Positions 23,995-26,809 of a stretch of 26,809 nt of DNA are shown here, piece by piece. Source of the stretch: a virus (taxonomy: Duplodnaviria; Caudoviricetes); the IMG/VR virus record IMGVR_UViG_3300024038_000005, positions 1 to 26,809 of that record. One strand, 5' to 3'. The notes under the pieces are model-generated. The model saw only the letters and a list, made by a program, of their open reading frames with translations, was not told the origin of the DNA and searched no databases. The position numbers and the translations under genes are program-made. Positions within the stretch are counted from its first letter, which is position 1. Every line of letters begins with the position of its first letter.

Positions 23995-24525
23995 ATGTTC
24001 TCGATCACCGAGCAAACCGCAACCCTGGCGCACATCAACGTGCGCACCGAGCGCCATGGCGAAGAGCCGGCCGGCGCTGCTGACCTGAAGATCCAGTTCA
24101 CCGCTGGCAATGGCGGCCTTTCCGAGTTCCACCCGCGCCTGCGCCACGCCCTCTACAAGGCCGAGGAAAACCCGGACCAGGCCAATGTCGAAGGTGTGCA
24201 TCCCGAGCCGACCGTGCGCGTGTTCGGCGACCTCATCGAGAAGATCCGCCTGAAGCATGAGCTGGTGGGCGCCAAGGTCGTGATCGACTTCGGCCTGGGC
24301 GGCGATTCCGACATCGAGCTGGACCCGGCCGACGTTGACGGGTTCGCCCTGGAATTGATGGAAGGCGGCAGCGTGGTCACCACCTTCCGCGTGAAGTGCC
24401 ACCCGAGCGGCGAGCAGGTCAAGAAGCTCTACGAGGTGCTGGGCAACGACATCACGATCAGCATCACGCCGGCGGCCGAAAAGCAGGGCTCGCTGGGCCT
24501 GAACCTGGAGCCCGAAGCGGCATAA
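23995..24525 (+). CDS. Conserved hypothetical phage protein (176 aa)
   Basis: SD GGAG; 'HINVRTERHGEE..GAADLK' N-terminus; host-like codon usage. Confidence 0.8.
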   Translation: MFSITEQTATLAHINVRTERHGEEPAGAADLKIQFTAGNGGLSEFHPRLRHALYKAEENPDQANVEGVHPEPTVRVFGDLIEKIRLKHELVGAKVVIDFGLGGDSDIELDPADVDGFALELMEGGSVVTTFRVKCHPSGEQVKKLYEVLGNDITISITPAAEKQGSLGLNLEPEAA

Positions 24526-24560
24526 CCCTTTCCCCAACGCAGCAAACCAAAGGAGCAGTG

Positions 24561-24788
24561 ATGGAAAACCAGCACCAGAAGATCAAGGGCTACCGTGACC
24601 TGTCGCAGGCCGAAATCGACGCCATGAACGAGGCCAAGGCCCTTGCCGAGCAGTGCGGCGCGTTCATAGAGAAGCTGCGTGCCCAGGGCGATGCCCCGGA
24701 TCAACGCTGGGTCAGCATCGGCGCGACCAGCCTGCAGCAAGGCTTCATGGCCGTGATTCGCGGTATCGCGCAACCGACCACGTTCTAA
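24561..24788 (+). CDS. acb2: Acb2-family anti-CBASS cyclic-nucleotide sponge (75 aa)
   Basis: 'MENQHQKIKGYRDLSQAEIDAMN' and 'RWVSIGATSLQQGFMAVIRGIAQPTTF' match the two conserved Acb2 segments as recalled; SD AAGGAG. Confidence 0.88.
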   Translation: MENQHQKIKGYRDLSQAEIDAMNEAKALAEQCGAFIEKLRAQGDAPDQRWVSIGATSLQQGFMAVIRGIAQPTTF

Positions 24789-24793
24789 CCCTT

Positions 24794-24856
24794 TGGCCGG
24801 CCCGGCGGCGGGGCTTCCCTCCCTGAGCCATCCTCACCGCTGCCGGTGCCCGGCCA
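24794..24856 (+). other. Long GC-rich hairpin with a CU-rich loop after acb2
   Basis: TGGCCGG/CCGGCCA and CCGGCGGCGG/CCGCTGCCGG stems; the loop contains CTTCCCTCCCT. Confidence 0.65.
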
Positions 24857-24874
24857 CCTGATAACGAGAAGACC

Positions 24875-25789
24875 ATGAGCGACAAGATCATCATCCTTGA
24901 GCACGACGGCACGTCGTACATCCGCACCGAATATCAAACCCTGAGCCCGGAGCGCTTGCTGGTGAACGGCCAAGCAGGGACCGCTCAACCGTGCCCTGGT
25001 AATGCCCGCTGGCTCATGGTCGAGGGCGGCGTCCAGACGCTGGCGCAGATCCCCGCACCTGGCCTTGAGGTAATCGGCTGGAGTTTGAAGCCTGAATACC
25101 GCGAGGTAACCACGTTCCCTGCTGAGCTGGGCGCGGATGCCTTCCGCTACGAATATGACGAAGACGAAGAGGACCACTACATCCCCACCGACCCCACTGC
25201 GGTCTACAAATCGGTCTTCTACGAAAAGAAGATGCAGCAGGTTCAGCGCGATCCGCAGCAGCTCGAATTCATCGTCGTTGACCGCAATTGCGCGCCGAAG
25301 ACCAAGCCCGACGACATCAAAGTCGAGTTTCCAGCCAGCCTGCGCGAGTATCCCGAGACGTGGCACAAGCACCCGGTCACCATCGACGGCAATGCGCTGT
25401 TCGGGCGCGCGGCGACCGCACTGGTGGACGCGGCGCGCGAACGAAGCGGCGACTTCGTTGTGACCGACCATCGCAGCATTGGAACGGTCACGCTCATGGG
25501 CTACATGCACCACGAGCCTAAGCAGAGCGAATACAAGGTCGGCCGTCGCACGGTGCGGCGCACGTTGACCAAGTCCGAATTCAAGATCATGGAACTCGCT
25601 TCTGGGTCGTCCAGCTACGCGAAAAGCGCCGACATCGTTTGCCGCGGGCTGTCCGGGAAGGACTGGGCCGACCTGGAATCCAAGATCAACGGCTTCATCG
25701 ACATCGTGCTGTCCTACATCAAGCCCGGCAGCGTGCGCGTGTGCGAGTGCTGCAAGGGCGACGGTTACATCGTGGCGGTGAAGCCATGA
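24875..25789 (+). CDS. Hypothetical 304-aa protein with an acidic patch and a C-terminal CxxCxGxG motif
   Basis: Long ORF with 'YEYDEDEEDHY' and 'CECCKGDG'; stop overlaps the next ATG. Confidence 0.8.
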   Translation: MSDKIIILEHDGTSYIRTEYQTLSPERLLVNGQAGTAQPCPGNARWLMVEGGVQTLAQIPAPGLEVIGWSLKPEYREVTTFPAELGADAFRYEYDEDEEDHYIPTDPTAVYKSVFYEKKMQQVQRDPQQLEFIVVDRNCAPKTKPDDIKVEFPASLREYPETWHKHPVTIDGNALFGRAATALVDAARERSGDFVVTDHRSIGTVTLMGYMHHEPKQSEYKVGRRTVRRTLTKSEFKIMELASGSSSYAKSADIVCRGLSGKDWADLESKINGFIDIVLSYIKPGSVRVCECCKGDGYIVAVKP

Positions 25790-26286
25790 CCCACGCCATG
25801 AACCGCCAGCAGCGCCGCATGATGGAAAAGCAGCAGGCCCGCATCAGGGCCGGCCGCCGCGTCCAACGCGACAAGCGCGCTCCCATGCTCGTCGCCACCG
25901 ACCTGGTGCTGCGCCCGCTGGAAGCCATCATCGACCAGATCAACCGGGACGGCACCGTGCACACCGACGCCCGCGGCATCCCGCAATTCCGCGCGGGCGA
26001 CGGCAAATGGTACGAGTCCGCCGGCGCGATCGAGGGCGTCATCTGGCACTTCGAAATGTGGTGTACGCGGCACGATCGCGCCCTGCCCCTGGACCCGCTG
26101 CGCGAGCTGCACATCGCCCTGAAGTACCTGGTCCCTATCCGCGCCGAAACCATGGCCGGCCTGGCCACCACCATGCCCGCCCTGCGCCGCGCCATGGCCA
26201 CCGCCGACCCGGACGACCAGACCGACCTTCTTCTGCAAACCCAGATCCGCGCCGAGCTTGACGCCGCGCGCGCCACCGGAGCCTGA
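25786..26286 (+). CDS. Hypothetical phage protein (MTHAMNRQQRR...)
   Basis: ATGA overlap and codon usage. Confidence 0.75.
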   Translation: MTHAMNRQQRRMMEKQQARIRAGRRVQRDKRAPMLVATDLVLRPLEAIIDQINRDGTVHTDARGIPQFRAGDGKWYESAGAIEGVIWHFEMWCTRHDRALPLDPLRELHIALKYLVPIRAETMAGLATTMPALRRAMATADPDDQTDLLLQTQIRAELDAARATGA

Positions 26287-26287
26287 C

Positions 26288-26722
26288 ATGACCACCCTCC
26301 CCGCCGGCTGGAAGCTGGTGCCCGCCACCATCACGCTCGACATGAGCATCGCCTTCGCGGAGGCGTGGTTCAGCAAGGTGCGCTGCATTGATGACGCCGA
26401 GATGCAGGATGCCTATGCCGCCATGATCGCCGCCGCTCCCGCTGCTGGCGATGCGCCCAGTTTGACCGAACTCAATGCCGACTTGATCGATATTCTCGGC
26501 CGCCCGAACTTCACCTGCATCCGAATTGCGCAACTGCTGCGCCTGTCGGGCGTCGAAATCGACAAGAAGGCCGAAGCCGAACAAGCCACCGTCATCCACT
26601 ACCTCCTGGGCTTCTACCTGACGCACGGCAGCCAGTGGGCCGAAAAGGCAGGCGAGGACATTGAACGGCTGCGCCTGGCCGCCATTGCCGCCCAGCAGGG
26701 CAAAGGGGGTGCGGAATGCTGA
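26288..26722 (+). CDS. Hypothetical mosaic protein (GWKLVP...AMIAAAP module plus ILGRPNF module)
   Basis: ATG 1 nt after the previous stop; recognisable phage early-region modules. Confidence 0.7.
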   Translation: MTTLPAGWKLVPATITLDMSIAFAEAWFSKVRCIDDAEMQDAYAAMIAAAPAAGDAPSLTELNADLIDILGRPNFTCIRIAQLLRLSGVEIDKKAEAEQATVIHYLLGFYLTHGSQWAEKAGEDIERLRLAAIAAQQGKGGAEC

Positions 26723-26809
26723 ACCCACAGCTCGTTCTTGGGCTAAGCGCCAAGCTGATCGTGGACATTTTCGCTGGCGGCGGCGGCTGGTCCACCGCGT
26801 ATGAACATG
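26716..26809 (+). CDS. DNA (cytosine-5) methyltransferase, N-terminal fragment
   Basis: Translates to MLNPQLVLGLSAKLIVDIFAGGGGWSTAYEH, containing motif I (D.FAG.GG). Truncated by the window edge and absent from the ORF track. Confidence 0.8.
   Translation, partial: MLNPQLVLGLSAKLIVDIFAGGGGWSTAYEH

Overview
This window is the central ~27 kb of a temperate, high-GC podovirus or prophage. A Betaproteobacterial host (Bordetella/Achromobacter-like) is inferred from protein family resemblance only. Minus strand 1-10.1 kb is a BPP-1/epsilon15-type virion module: GNAT-like protein, tail tube B and A, cement protein, major capsid, scaffold, portal, TerL and TerS. Minus strand 10.1-17.3 kb is a lambdoid PR operon: Cro, CII-like regulator, NinB, DUF1364-like protein, HNH endonuclease, replication initiator with internal repeats, DnaB/gp4-like helicase and a RuvC-like resolvase. 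The immunity region (17.28-19.15 kb) has TTACC-N4-GGTAA operators, a short CI with no autocleavage domain, and a 3-gene accessory cassette in the rexAB position. The plus-strand PL operon opens with a ~490-nt hairpin-dense leader carrying a near-consensus boxA but no recognisable N gene. It continues with a pentapeptide-repeat protein, small mosaic ORFs, RecT plus a YqaJ exonuclease, an Acb2-family anti-CBASS sponge, an orphan 304-aa gene and the start of a C5 DNA methyltransferase. No integrase, Q, lysis genes, reverse transcriptase, CRISPR array or tRNA was seen. Best candidates for something new: the post-cI 3-gene cassette, the structured PL leader, the SD-sequestered antisense ORF between cro and cII, and the acb2 neighbourhood. 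All family calls come from motif recognition by eye; no searches were run.
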